This document shows positions 37,390 to 47,797 of a stretch of 64,000 nucleotides of DNA, one piece after another. The first letter of the stretch is position 1. Every line of letters starts with the position of its first letter. This DNA is from an uncultured Arcobacteraceae bacterium (GTDB lineage: Bacteria; Campylobacterota; Campylobacteria; Campylobacterales; Arcobacteraceae), in contig CAXHZO010000007.1 of the NCBI GenBank assembly GCA_964022095.1, positions 1-64,000 on the forward strand. The letters are read 5' to 3'. Under the pieces are notes generated by a model, which was given only the letters and a program-made list of their open reading frames with translations, was not told where the DNA came from and ran no database searches. A program made the position numbers and the translations under genes.

Positions 37390-38514
37390 ATGGAAAAAGA
37401 ACTACAACTAAAAGATTTGTATGATGGTTTTAGAGATCCTAAAACTATTAAAGCATATAAACAAATAATAGATAAAGATTTAGAAAATTATGATGGAATC
37501 ATAAATATTATGGAAGTATGTGGTGGTCATACTCATACTATTATGAAATATGGTATCCCTCAATTGTTAAATAAAAAAATAAACTTTATTCATGGACCAG
37601 GATGTCCAGTTTGTGTTATGCCAAAAGATAGAATTGATAGTGCATACGAATTAAGCTTACAAGAAGATGTGATACTTGTAACACTTGGGGATATGATTAA
37701 AGTACCTGGTAGTAAAGGAAGCTTACAAAAAGCAAGAAGCCAAGGTGCTGATGTAAGGTTTGTTTACTCACCTATGGATTGTATTAAAATAGCCCAAGAA
37801 AATCCATCTAAAACTATAGTATTTTTTGCAATAGGATTTGAAACAACTACACCAATGACTTGTTCTTTATTAGAGCAAGTAATAAAACAAGAAATTCCAA
37901 ATATTTTATTTCATATAAATCATATTACAGTTCCAGAAGTAATGAGAGTATTAGTTCAAAGTGATGATTGTAAAATAGATTCTTTTTTAGGCCCTTCTCA
38001 CGTAAGTGTTATAAGTGGAAGTAAGATATATGAAGAGTTCCCTAAAGATTACAATAAGCCAGTTGTAGTAGCAGGGTTTGAGCCAGTTGATGTTATGCAA
38101 GCTATATCTATGACAGTTAAGCAGTTTATTGAAAATAGAAGTGATTTAGAAGTAGAGTACAAAAGGCTTGTATCATATGAGGGTAATTTAAAAGCTCAAG
38201 AAAAAATAGAAAAGTTCTTTAAAAAAGTACCTTTTAAATTTAGAGGTGTAGGTGAAGTTGAAAATAGTGGTTATGAACTTAAAGATGAATATAGTAAATA
38301 TAACGCAAAAATAGTTTATAAAGATGTATTACCTACAAAAGAAGTAAAAGAAAACAAAGCATGTAAATGTCCAGAGATCTTAAAAGGGGTTGCAAAACCT
38401 ACAGATTGTAAGATATTTGGGACTGTATGTACTCCTACAAATCCAATTGGATCATGTATGGTAAGTAGTGAAGGTGCTTGTAGTGCTTATTATAAATATG
38501 GAAACTTAATATAG
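37390..38514 (+). CDS. hypD: Hydrogenase maturation protein HypD
   Basis: MEVCGGHTH, GPGCPVC, GFETT, PIGSCMVSSEGAC. Confidence 0.98.
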   Translation: MEKELQLKDLYDGFRDPKTIKAYKQIIDKDLENYDGIINIMEVCGGHTHTIMKYGIPQLLNKKINFIHGPGCPVCVMPKDRIDSAYELSLQEDVILVTLGDMIKVPGSKGSLQKARSQGADVRFVYSPMDCIKIAQENPSKTIVFFAIGFETTTPMTCSLLEQVIKQEIPNILFHINHITVPEVMRVLVQSDDCKIDSFLGPSHVSVISGSKIYEEFPKDYNKPVVVAGFEPVDVMQAISMTVKQFIENRSDLEVEYKRLVSYEGNLKAQEKIEKFFKKVPFKFRGVGEVENSGYELKDEYSKYNAKIVYKDVLPTKEVKENKACKCPEILKGVAKPTDCKIFGTVCTPTNPIGSCMVSSEGACSAYYKYGNLI

Positions 38515-38593
38515 TATTTAAAAATAAGTACTTTTAATATATATTTTATATGACCAATGTTAGAATACTAAAAGTACTAAAAAATAAATACTA
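38512..38593. repeat. Segmented inverted repeat / ARTACTAA array upstream of the ATPase gene
   Basis: TAGTATTTA..AGTACTTTTA on the left mirrors TAAAAGTACT..TAAATACTA on the right. Confidence 0.55.
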
Positions 38594-38602
38594 AGGTATA
38601 AA

Positions 38603-39700
38603 ATGAAATCGCCATTTCCATATGAGACAATAGCTCAGAGTTCAACCTTCTATGGCAGAGATAAAGAACTAGAATCTTTAGGTAAATATATCAAGACATC
38701 AAACAATATATTAATTCATTCAAAAAGAAGAATGGGTAAAAGTACACTAATACAAGAGTTGTTTAGAAGAGTATCTACTGATTATTCTTGTATATACTGT
38801 GATATATTTGATATTACTTCAAAAGAGGATTTTGCGAAGTTATTATTAAAATCAATATCTAATATAGAACAAAATGATTTTAAAGAGATGTTTAGAAAGT
38901 TTAGCTTACTTTTTAAAAGAGTAAGAGTAGAGCCATCATTTGATCCAAATAGTTCAAAGTTCTCTTTAAAGCCAGTTGTGTCAACTCTTAGTTTTGATGA
39001 GATGATGGAAGATTTCTTTATAGCCTTAGAGCAAATATCTAGTGAAAGAAAAGTAATATTTGCAATAGATGAGTTTCAGCAAATATCACTTATTGGAGAT
39101 ATTAAAATAGATGCACTTTTAAGAAAGTATATGCAAAATACTCAAAATGTATCTTGGGTATTTTTAGGTTCAAAAAGACATCTATTAACTTCACTATTTG
39201 AATATAAAGCACCACTATATGAAATGGCAACTCATTTTGAATTACAACCTTTAGAAATAATGGAAGTATATGAGTATGTGTCAAAGCATTTAAATATCAA
39301 TTATGAGTTAGTTAAGTATATATATGAAAGAAGTGATAGTGAAACAAAATTATTACAAAATATATGTCATATCTTGTGGTTAGAACAAAAAGATAAAGAG
39401 ATAAAAAAAGAGTTCATTGATGAGGTTATACAACAAATCATAAATTCTAAAGAGTCAAGCTATAGACTAATATACGATATGTTAAATAACAATCAAAAAA
39501 TAGCACTTAAAATTCTTGCTAAGTATAAAAAGAAAATATACACACAAGAGGTATTAGATGAGTTTAATATCAAAAAACAAACACTACAATCATCACTAAA
39601 AGCTTTATTTGATAGAGAGATTGTAGATAAAAATAGTGAAGACATATATATACCAGATAGAACTTTAGAGTTATGGTTAGAAAATAGATTTAATGATTAA
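38603..39700 (+). CDS. P-loop ATPase (archaeal-type ATPase_2/AAA family) with probable C-terminal winged helix
   Basis: FYGRDKE, Walker A SKRRMGKST, Walker B FAIDEFQ, FLGSK; C-terminal TLQSSLKALFDREIV. Confidence 0.85.
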   Translation: MKSPFPYETIAQSSTFYGRDKELESLGKYIKTSNNILIHSKRRMGKSTLIQELFRRVSTDYSCIYCDIFDITSKEDFAKLLLKSISNIEQNDFKEMFRKFSLLFKRVRVEPSFDPNSSKFSLKPVVSTLSFDEMMEDFFIALEQISSERKVIFAIDEFQQISLIGDIKIDALLRKYMQNTQNVSWVFLGSKRHLLTSLFEYKAPLYEMATHFELQPLEIMEVYEYVSKHLNINYELVKYIYERSDSETKLLQNICHILWLEQKDKEIKKEFIDEVIQQIINSKESSYRLIYDMLNNNQKIALKILAKYKKKIYTQEVLDEFNIKKQTLQSSLKALFDREIVDKNSEDIYIPDRTLELWLENRFND

Positions 39701-39715
39701 AAAGGAAAGATATAA

Positions 39716-40711
39716 ATGAAGACTATTACATTAGCACATGGTAACGGAGGTGCAGAAAATAATGAACTTATTAGTAAAGTATTTTATAATGCCTTTAAAA
39801 ATGAGACCTTAGAAAAAAGTGAAGATGCAGCTGTTATTCACAATGGTGAACTTGCTTTTAGTACAGATTCATTTACTGTTAGCCCACTTTTTTTTAATGG
39901 GGCTGATATTGGAAAACTTGCAGTTTGTGGAACTTGTAATGACTTAACTATGATGGGAGCAAAACCTAAATACCTAACTTGTAGTGTAATTATAGAAGAG
40001 GGCTTTGAAATAGCACAATTAGAGAAAATAGTTGACTCTATGAAAACTGAGCTAGCAAAAAATGAAGCAATAGTTGTAAGTGGAGATACAAAGGTAGTTC
40101 CAAAAGGCGCAGTTGATAAAATCTTTATAAATACAACTGGTGTTGGAGAGATTTTATACAAAGGTATTAGCTCAAATAATATCACAACTAATGATGTGAT
40201 ATTAGTAAGTAGAGATATCGGAGCTCATGGTGCTACAATATTTACTGCACGTGAAGGAATGGATATAAATTCAAATCTAAAAAGTGATTGTAACTCTTTA
40301 TATCCACAAGTAAAAGCTTTAATTGATTCAGGTATTAAAATAACTGCGCTAAGAGACGCTACAAGAGGTGGAGTTAGTGCAGTTTTGAATGAGTGGGCAA
40401 AGCAATCTGATATTTGTATTGAAGTAGAAGAAGAAAGTATTCCTGTAAGTGATGAGGTAAAAGGAATTTGTGAGATGTTAGGTTTTGAAGCTACAAATCT
40501 TGCAAATGAAGGAACTTTTGTACTTGCAGTTCCTAAAGATGATGCATCAAAAGCAATAGAAGTATTACATACTTTTAATGAAGCAAAAAATGCATGTATA
40601 ATAGGAAAAGTTACAAGTCAATATGATAAAAAAGTAGTATTAAACTCTTCATGGGGTACAAAAAGATTCTTAGATACACCAACTGGTGAATTACTTCCAA
40701 GGATATGTTAG
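39716..40711 (+). CDS. hypE: Hydrogenase maturation protein HypE
   Basis: LAHGNGG, STDSFTVSP, GDTKVV, RDATRGG, C-terminal PRIC. Confidence 0.98.
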   Translation: MKTITLAHGNGGAENNELISKVFYNAFKNETLEKSEDAAVIHNGELAFSTDSFTVSPLFFNGADIGKLAVCGTCNDLTMMGAKPKYLTCSVIIEEGFEIAQLEKIVDSMKTELAKNEAIVVSGDTKVVPKGAVDKIFINTTGVGEILYKGISSNNITTNDVILVSRDIGAHGATIFTAREGMDINSNLKSDCNSLYPQVKALIDSGIKITALRDATRGGVSAVLNEWAKQSDICIEVEEESIPVSDEVKGICEMLGFEATNLANEGTFVLAVPKDDASKAIEVLHTFNEAKNACIIGKVTSQYDKKVVLNSSWGTKRFLDTPTGELLPRIC

Positions 40712-41053
40712 ATGCACGAATACTCAATAGTTCAATCTCTTTTAGAGTCTTGTGAAGAACATGCAAAATCAAATGAAGCTTCAAAAGTTACAAAAGTAGT
40801 AGTTAAAATTGGAGTTTTAAGTGGAGTAGAACCAGATTTATTAAAAACTGCATTTGATACTTTCAAAGAACAAACTGTTTGTCATAATGCAATCTTTGAT
40901 ATGAATATACAGAAGGTTCAAATACTCTGTCATGATTGTCAAACTACTTCAATACTAGATAAAAATGAATTTTCATGTCCATCTTGTCAAAGTGTAAATG
41001 TAGAAGTAAAAGACGGTGAAGATATGTATCTTATGAGTTTGGAAATGGAATAA
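40712..41053 (+). CDS. hypA: Hydrogenase nickel chaperone HypA
   Basis: MHEYS, CHDC..CPSC. Confidence 0.97.
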   Translation: MHEYSIVQSLLESCEEHAKSNEASKVTKVVVKIGVLSGVEPDLLKTAFDTFKEQTVCHNAIFDMNIQKVQILCHDCQTTSILDKNEFSCPSCQSVNVEVKDGEDMYLMSLEME

Positions 41054-41150
41054 ATTGACCTTACTATTATTCGATAATTAGAATCAATTTCTTTTCTTTT
41101 ATTAAAATATGCTACTATAACATGATAAGACCTTTAGAAGTAGGTGTGTT

Positions 41151-43053
41151 ATGAAAAAAATAACTTTAGAAAAATTAATATATAAAAACTATTTGAAAAC
41201 TTCTTTAGCTTCAATTATATTTATTGAACTAGTTTTAGTCATGACTTATTTTATTGTAAATAATCACATGATAAATAAAACTATTGATTTTATATTAGTA
41301 GATTTAAAAAAAAACCACTAATAATATAGTTAATGAAAAGTCCAAGATTTTAAATAAAAAACTAGAAAATGTTGAATCCTTATTGTATATTGTACAAAAA
41401 GAGCATCAAAACTTTTTTTCAAATAAAATTAATTTGGTACCTAAAAAAGAGATTGAATATAAATTTGCAAAAAATGGGATGTATTATAAACTTATTGATA
41501 ATGGTGGCTCTTCTGTTGTTGTATCAAATGAGACTAAAATAGATGACTCTTTAAAAACAGAATTACAAAACAGTGAGTTTTTTGATACTACATTTAAAAC
41601 AATAGTTAATCATGATAAAGATTTTGTAGCAATTTATTTTAATTCTTATAAAAATTATAATAGATACTATCCTTTTTTAAATAATGTTTATGAAGTCTTT
41701 CCATCAGATATAACTATGACAGACTATAATTTTTATTATTTAGCTAATGAAATAAATAATCCTGAAAAAAAAGTTATATGGACTGATATATATTTAGATC
41801 CGGCAAAAAAAGGTTGGTTAATTAGTGCCATTGCACCAATTTATGATAACAATAACAAACTTCAAGGGGTTACGGGCCTTGATATTACTTTAAATAACTT
41901 TTTAAACAGTTTTTTAGATTTAGATTTACCTTATGATGGGCAAACTTTAGTAATAAATGAGAATAAAGAAATCATTCTTATGCAAGAAGGTTTAAATAAA
42001 ATTTTCGATTCTAATTTTATTAAAACATACAATTATAAAATTGATGAAAAAGTTTCTCAAACAATAATAAAAAAAGAGAATATAGATATAAATAGTGAAG
42101 GTTTCAATGAGTTTAAAGTATTTTTATCTAATCTTGGAAAGAATAAAAACTATAGCAGTCAAATAAAAATAAAAGATAAAGAGTATATTGTCTTTTCTGA
42201 AAAAATAGAAAAAGCACCATGGCATGTTATTTCATTTTTACAAAAAGATAAAATTACTTCAAATGTAAATACTTTAGAAAAAGATTATAAAATGATTGGG
42301 ATAAGTATGATACTACTTATAATTGTATTTTATTTAGGATTTTTTGTTTTCTTAAGCAAAAAGGCAAAAGAGTTTGTTCTAATGATTGAAAAGCCATTGA
42401 AAGAGATAATTACATTAAGTAATAAGATACTAGAAACAAACAAAATAAAGAGATTCAAACCAACTGGAATAATAGACTTAGATATTTTAATTAATAACTT
42501 TAATAAATTAGTGATATCTCTAAATTATAAAACTAAAAAACTAATTGAAGAAGAATCAAAAAGAATTTTTAATGAAAAACTAGCCAATACTGATGTTTTA
42601 ACTGGTTGTTTCAATAGAAGGTATTTAATTGATTTTTCAATTGAATATTTAAAAATTGTAAAAAGAAAAAAACTTTCTATGAGTATTATGATGTTAGATT
42701 TGGATGATTTTAAATATATAAACGATACTTTTGGGCATAGCACAGGAGATAAAGTTTTAATAGATTTTGTCAAACTAATTAAACAAAATATTAGAGAAAA
42801 TGACTTGATAGTTAGATTAGGAGGAGATGAGTTTTTAGTTTTACTACCTAACACAAATATCAATGATGCAAAAATTGTTGCACAAAAAATATTAAGTAAT
42901 CTTAGTAAAGAAAATATCAAGAGTGAGTTTAAAGTTAATACTAGTATTGGAATTGCAAAATATGAAGGAGATACTACAATTAATACAATTATTTCAAGAG
43001 CTGATAATGCACTGTATCAAGCTAAAAGTTCTGGTAAGAATTGTATTGTTTAG
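41151..43053 (+). pseudogene. Cache-sensor diguanylate cyclase split by a +1 frameshift in an A9 run (phase-variable or sequencing error)
   Basis: ATG 41151 with AGGTG RBS encodes a TM helix and stops at 41321; removing one A from 41306-41314 fuses it to 41383-43053 (dCache WTDIYLD, TM, RLGGDEF). Confidence 0.8.
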
Positions 43054-43150
43054 TTTAATATATAATTTATGAACAACTTATATTCTTTTTTCATTTTATT
43101 TATAGTTTTTTTAAGATAAAATATTATTATAAAAATATAAAGGATTATTA

Positions 43151-44269
43151 ATGAAAAAACTTTTAAGTATTGCTCTTGCATCTGCTTTAACCTGTTCATT
43201 TGCTATGTCAAAAGAAGTTAAGATTGGTGTTATTATGCCAATGTCAGGACCAATTGGTGGATTTGGACAAAGTGCTGTTGAAGGTTTGAATGTTGCTCAT
43301 GAAATGCAACCAAAATTAAAAAATGGTGATGATATTAAATTAGTTTTAATTGATAACAAGTCTGATAAAATTGAATCTGCAAATGGAGTAAGTAAACTAA
43401 TTTCTTCAGATAAAGTAACTGCAATTATAGGTGCACTTACATCTACAAACACAATGGCAATGACTAAAATTGCAGAAAATGCAAAAGTTCCAGTTGTTGC
43501 TCCAGTTGCTACTAATATTTTAGTAACAAAAAGAAAAGATTTTATTTCAAGAGTTTGTTTTTCTGATGCATTCCAAGGTGAAGTTGCTGCAAATTTTGCA
43601 ATAAAAAATTTAAAAGCTAAAAATGTTGTTTTAATCACTGATGTAAAACTTGATTATTCAATTGGAATTTCAAAAGTATTTAAAAGAGCTTTTAAATCAT
43701 TAGATGGAAAACTTTTACAACAAGCAAGAATTAACTCTGGCGATACTGATTTTAAGGCAATGTTATCTAATATTAAAAAGTTAAACCCTGAATTGATTTT
43801 CTTCCCAATTTACTCTGCTGAAGCAGGACTTATTGCAAAACAAGCAAAACAATTAGGAATTACTGCAAAATTCTTAGGTACTGATGGTATGACTGCTGAT
43901 GATGTATTTTTTAAAGTAGGTGGAGATGCAGTTGAAGGATTCTATGCAACTGACCTTTACTCTCCAAGTGCTCCAAAAACAACTGACCTTTCAAAAGAGT
44001 ATGAAAAAGCATACAAAGCTAAGTTAAATAAAGATGTTCACCCATTTGGTGTATTATCTGCTGATTCTTACAATGTAATTGTATCTGCAATGAACAAATG
44101 TGAAGACCCAACTGATTCTGTATGTGTTAATAAAAACATTAGAGCAACAAAAGACTTCAAAGGTGCATCTGGTGTGATTACATTAGAAAATGGTGATGCT
44201 GTAAGATCAGCTGTAATTAACCAAATCAAAAATGGTTCAAAAACTTATTTAACTACTGTTAATCCTTAA
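43151..44269 (+). CDS. livK: Branched-chain amino acid ABC transporter substrate-binding protein
   Basis: Signal peptide, KIGVIMPMSG, RVCFSDAFQG, DFKAML; first gene of the liv operon. Confidence 0.9.
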   Translation: MKKLLSIALASALTCSFAMSKEVKIGVIMPMSGPIGGFGQSAVEGLNVAHEMQPKLKNGDDIKLVLIDNKSDKIESANGVSKLISSDKVTAIIGALTSTNTMAMTKIAENAKVPVVAPVATNILVTKRKDFISRVCFSDAFQGEVAANFAIKNLKAKNVVLITDVKLDYSIGISKVFKRAFKSLDGKLLQQARINSGDTDFKAMLSNIKKLNPELIFFPIYSAEAGLIAKQAKQLGITAKFLGTDGMTADDVFFKVGGDAVEGFYATDLYSPSAPKTTDLSKEYEKAYKAKLNKDVHPFGVLSADSYNVIVSAMNKCEDPTDSVCVNKNIRATKDFKGASGVITLENGDAVRSAVINQIKNGSKTYLTTVNP

Positions 44270-44291
44270 TATTGGTATTAAATAAAAACTT

Positions 44292-44323
44292 AAAAGGCTT
44301 TATATTTTATAAAGCCTTTTTTT
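44292..44323 (+). terminator. Stem-loop with U-tract after livK
   Basis: AAAAGGCTTTATA-TTT-TATAAAGCCTTTT-TTT. Confidence 0.8.
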
Positions 44324-44344
44324 CTATAAAAAATTAGGAGACAA

Positions 44345-45241
44345 ATGGATTTTTTAACACTTATTCAACAGTTTATAAATGGAATAAGTCTTGGAAGTAT
44401 GTACGCATTAATAGCTATTGGTTATACAATGGTGTATGGAGTTCTAAGACTTATAAACTTTGCTCACGCAGATATAATGATGGTTGGTGCTTTCTCTGCA
44501 TTTTTTGCAGCAAGTACTTTTGAATTATCATTTAGTGTAAGTATTCTTTTTGCGATTGCAACATCTGTTATTATTGGTATTTTAACTGATAAAATCGCAT
44601 ATAAACCACTTAGAAATTCTCCAAGAATTTCTTTATTGATCACTGCTATTGGTGTATCTTTCTTTTTAGAAAATATTGTAAATGTTACATTTGGAGGTAC
44701 TCCAAAATCTTTTACTGCACCAGAATTTTTTGATCAAACATTTACAATTGGAACAGCTATTTTGACTCCAACAGTTATTATAGTTCCTGTTATTACAATG
44801 ATTTTATTAGCAATACTATTATTTATATTATTTAAAACAAAATATGGAGTTGCAATTAGAGCTTTAGCTTTTGACGTAAAAACAGTATCACTTATGGGTG
44901 TTGATTCAAATAAAATTATTATGCTTGTATTTATTATTGGATCTGCACTTGCAGCTATCTCTGGAATATTTTGGGCTATTTCATATCCTATCTTAACTCC
45001 ATATATGGGTGTTATGATCGGTCTTAAAGCCTTTGCAGCAGCAGTTTTAGGTGGGATTGGTTCAGTTTCAGGGGCAGTTTTAGGTGGATTTATTTTAGGG
45101 TTTACAGAAGTAATGTTTGTGGCACTTTTCCCTGAAATGGGTGGATATAAAGATGCAATTGCATTTATATTTTTAATTTTTGTATTACTGTTTAAACCAA
45201 CAGGTATTATGGGAATAAATTTTGAAAAGAGTAGGTTCTAA
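44345..45241 (+). CDS. livH: BCAA ABC permease LivH
   Basis: NGISLGSMYALIAIGYTMVYG, INFAH, KAFAAAVLGGIGS. Confidence 0.95.
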   Translation: MDFLTLIQQFINGISLGSMYALIAIGYTMVYGVLRLINFAHADIMMVGAFSAFFAASTFELSFSVSILFAIATSVIIGILTDKIAYKPLRNSPRISLLITAIGVSFFLENIVNVTFGGTPKSFTAPEFFDQTFTIGTAILTPTVIIVPVITMILLAILLFILFKTKYGVAIRALAFDVKTVSLMGVDSNKIIMLVFIIGSALAAISGIFWAISYPILTPYMGVMIGLKAFAAAVLGGIGSVSGAVLGGFILGFTEVMFVALFPEMGGYKDAIAFIFLIFVLLFKPTGIMGINFEKSRF

Positions 45242-45243
45242 TC

Positions 45244-46257
45244 ATGACTATTAATAAAAATTTTCTAATCTACACATCTTTAAGTGTTTTGTTTTTATTT
45301 ATAGCGCCATATCTTTTTGATGATTATGGAATGAGAATTATAAACAATATTTTTATATTTATAATTTTAGCAGCTTCATATAATCTTATTAATGGTGTTA
45401 CAGGACAGTTTTCATTAGAACCAAATGGTTTTGTAGCAATTGGTGCTTATGTAACTGCTATTTGTTTATTAAGTGAAGATTTAAAGTGGGATTTATATCA
45501 ACTAGAAGATCCAGCTCCTTGGGTACTTGCACTTAATACTTCTTTAGTTCCAGCACTACTACTAAGTGGTATTGTTGCAACAATAGTTGCTGTTTGTTTA
45601 GCTGCCCCTGTATTTAGAGTAAGGGGAGATTATCTAGCTATTGTAACTCTTGGTTTTGGTTTCATTATTAAAGTTATTGCTATTAATCAACCAGAAATTA
45701 CAAATGGTAGTATTGGATTAAATGAAATTCCTGAATTAATCAATGTTTACTGGACAGGTGGAATTGCTATTATTACAGTAATTATTATGTTAAATATAGT
45801 TTATTCAAAGTTTGGTAGAGCTATGAAAGCTGTAAGAGATGATGAAGATGCTGCAAGTGCAATTGGTATTAATACATTTAAAATTAAAACAATGGCATTT
45901 GGTACAAGTGCATTTTTTGAAGGAATTGGTGGAGGACTATTAGCAGTTCTTCTTACAACAATTTCTCCTGATTTATTTACGTTCTTCTTAACATTCCAAC
46001 TTCTAATTATAATCGTTCTTGGTGGACTTGGTTCTATGACAGGTGCAATTATAGGAACAATATTAGTAATTGGTGGAAGCGAATGGTTAAGATTCTTAGA
46101 TGCTCCAATGAATCTTTTTGGATACCAAACAGATGCTCATCCTGGACTTAGAATGGTAGTATTCTCAATAATCTTAATTTTAGTTATGTTATTTGCACGT
46201 GAGGGAATTATGGGAAAAAGAGAGTTAAGTGATATTTTTAAAAGGAAATCAAAATGA
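45244..46257 (+). CDS. livM: BCAA ABC permease LivM
   Basis: NLINGVTGQFSL, RGDYLAIVTLGFG, IVLGGLGS. Confidence 0.95.
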   Translation: MTINKNFLIYTSLSVLFLFIAPYLFDDYGMRIINNIFIFIILAASYNLINGVTGQFSLEPNGFVAIGAYVTAICLLSEDLKWDLYQLEDPAPWVLALNTSLVPALLLSGIVATIVAVCLAAPVFRVRGDYLAIVTLGFGFIIKVIAINQPEITNGSIGLNEIPELINVYWTGGIAIITVIIMLNIVYSKFGRAMKAVRDDEDAASAIGINTFKIKTMAFGTSAFFEGIGGGLLAVLLTTISPDLFTFFLTFQLLIIIVLGGLGSMTGAIIGTILVIGGSEWLRFLDAPMNLFGYQTDAHPGLRMVVFSIILILVMLFAREGIMGKRELSDIFKRKSK

Positions 46258-47021
46258 TTTTAGAGATTAAAAATATTACAAAAAGTTTTGGTGGTGTTGT
46301 GGCTATAAATGACACAACATTTCACATAAACAAAAATGAAATTTTTGGACTAATTGGACCTAATGGTGCAGGTAAAACAACAATGTTTAATATTATCACA
46401 GGTAATTATAAACCCACTTCAGGTGAAGTTGTTTTAAATGGAAAAAGAATTACAAATAAAAAGAACTATAAAATCGTAAAAGAAGGAATTGCAAGAACAT
46501 TCCAAAATATTAGACTTTTTTCTTCAATGAGTGTTTTAGATAATGTACTTATTGGTTTAGATAGTAGTGCAAAATATACTTATTTAGAGTCTATTTTTAG
46601 GTTACCACGATTTTTTTCAAAAGAAAAACAGATTAAAGATAGAGCAATTGAAATTTTAGATTTTCTAGGGATTGCTCATCAAAAAGATGAATTAGCAACT
46701 TCTCTATCTTATGGACAACAAAGAAAGGTAGAAATAGCAAGAGCATTAGCTACTAATCCTAGTTTACTTTTACTTGATGAACCAGCAGCTGGTATGAACC
46801 CAAATGAAACAAAAGAATTAGCACAACTTTTATTTGATATTAGAGATAAGTTTGATATTACAATTTTACTCATTGAACATGATATGAAGTTTGTAAACCA
46901 CTTATGTGATAGGGTTATGGTTTTAGATTATGGTAAGACTATTTTTGAAGGTCATATTGAAGATGCCATAAAAGATGAAGAGGTTATTAAAGCCTATCTT
47001 GGAGATTTTAAACATGCTTAA
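46254..47021 (+). CDS. livG: BCAA ABC ATPase LivG
   Basis: GPNGAGKTT, ARTFQNIRLF, LSYGQQR, LDEPAAG, AYLG. Confidence 0.96.
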   Translation: MILEIKNITKSFGGVVAINDTTFHINKNEIFGLIGPNGAGKTTMFNIITGNYKPTSGEVVLNGKRITNKKNYKIVKEGIARTFQNIRLFSSMSVLDNVLIGLDSSAKYTYLESIFRLPRFFSKEKQIKDRAIEILDFLGIAHQKDELATSLSYGQQRKVEIARALATNPSLLLLDEPAAGMNPNETKELAQLLFDIRDKFDITILLIEHDMKFVNHLCDRVMVLDYGKTIFEGHIEDAIKDEEVIKAYLGDFKHA

Positions 47022-47709
47022 AGTAAAAAATTTAGAAGTATTTTATGGTTTGATTAAAGCTGTAAAAGGAATCGATTTTAAAGTACAACAGGGGCAAATA
47101 GTTTCACTTATTGGTTCAAATGGAGCAGGTAAAACATCAACTTTGCAATCAATTGTAAATGATGTTAAGAAAAAAGGTGAGATTTTATTTGAAGATAGAA
47201 ATATTTCTAAATTCAAAACTCATGATATCATCCAAGAAGGAATTGCATTAGTTCCAGAAGGTAGAAGAGTATTTATTAACTTAACTATTGAAGAAAACTT
47301 AAGAATGGGTGCTTTTAATAATGATGATAAGTATGAAGAACTACAAGAACATATGTTCAAACTTTTCCCAAGATTAGTGGCTAAAAAAGGTCAACTAGCT
47401 GGAACAATGAGTGGAGGGGAACAACAAATGTTAGCAATTGCAAGAGCTTTAATGAGTTCACCAAAACTTTTAATGCTAGATGAACCTTCTTTAGGACTTG
47501 CACCAAAAATTATTGGTGAATTATTTGACACTATTAAAAGACTAAAAGAAGAGGGCATCACAATTTTACTAATTGAACAAAATGCATTTGCAGCTTTAGA
47601 AATATCTGATTGGGCTTATGTCTTAGAAAATGGTGAAGTTGCCTTAGAAGGTAAAGGTGAAGACCTTATTGGCTTAGATGATATTAGAGCTAAGTATTTA
47701 GGTGCTTAA
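47014..47709 (+). CDS. livF: BCAA ABC ATPase LivF
   Basis: GSNGAGKT, VPEGRRVF, MSGGEQQMLA, LDEPSLGLAP; start ATG 47014 after a GGAG RBS. Confidence 0.96.
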   Translation: MLKVKNLEVFYGLIKAVKGIDFKVQQGQIVSLIGSNGAGKTSTLQSIVNDVKKKGEILFEDRNISKFKTHDIIQEGIALVPEGRRVFINLTIEENLRMGAFNNDDKYEELQEHMFKLFPRLVAKKGQLAGTMSGGEQQMLAIARALMSSPKLLMLDEPSLGLAPKIIGELFDTIKRLKEEGITILLIEQNAFAALEISDWAYVLENGEVALEGKGEDLIGLDDIRAKYLGA

Positions 47710-47797
47710 TATTTATTAAATACGGAAATTTCATAGTTTTATAAAGTTATTAATAATTTTATCTTATAATTAAATTATTATATTAAAAGATAAAACT

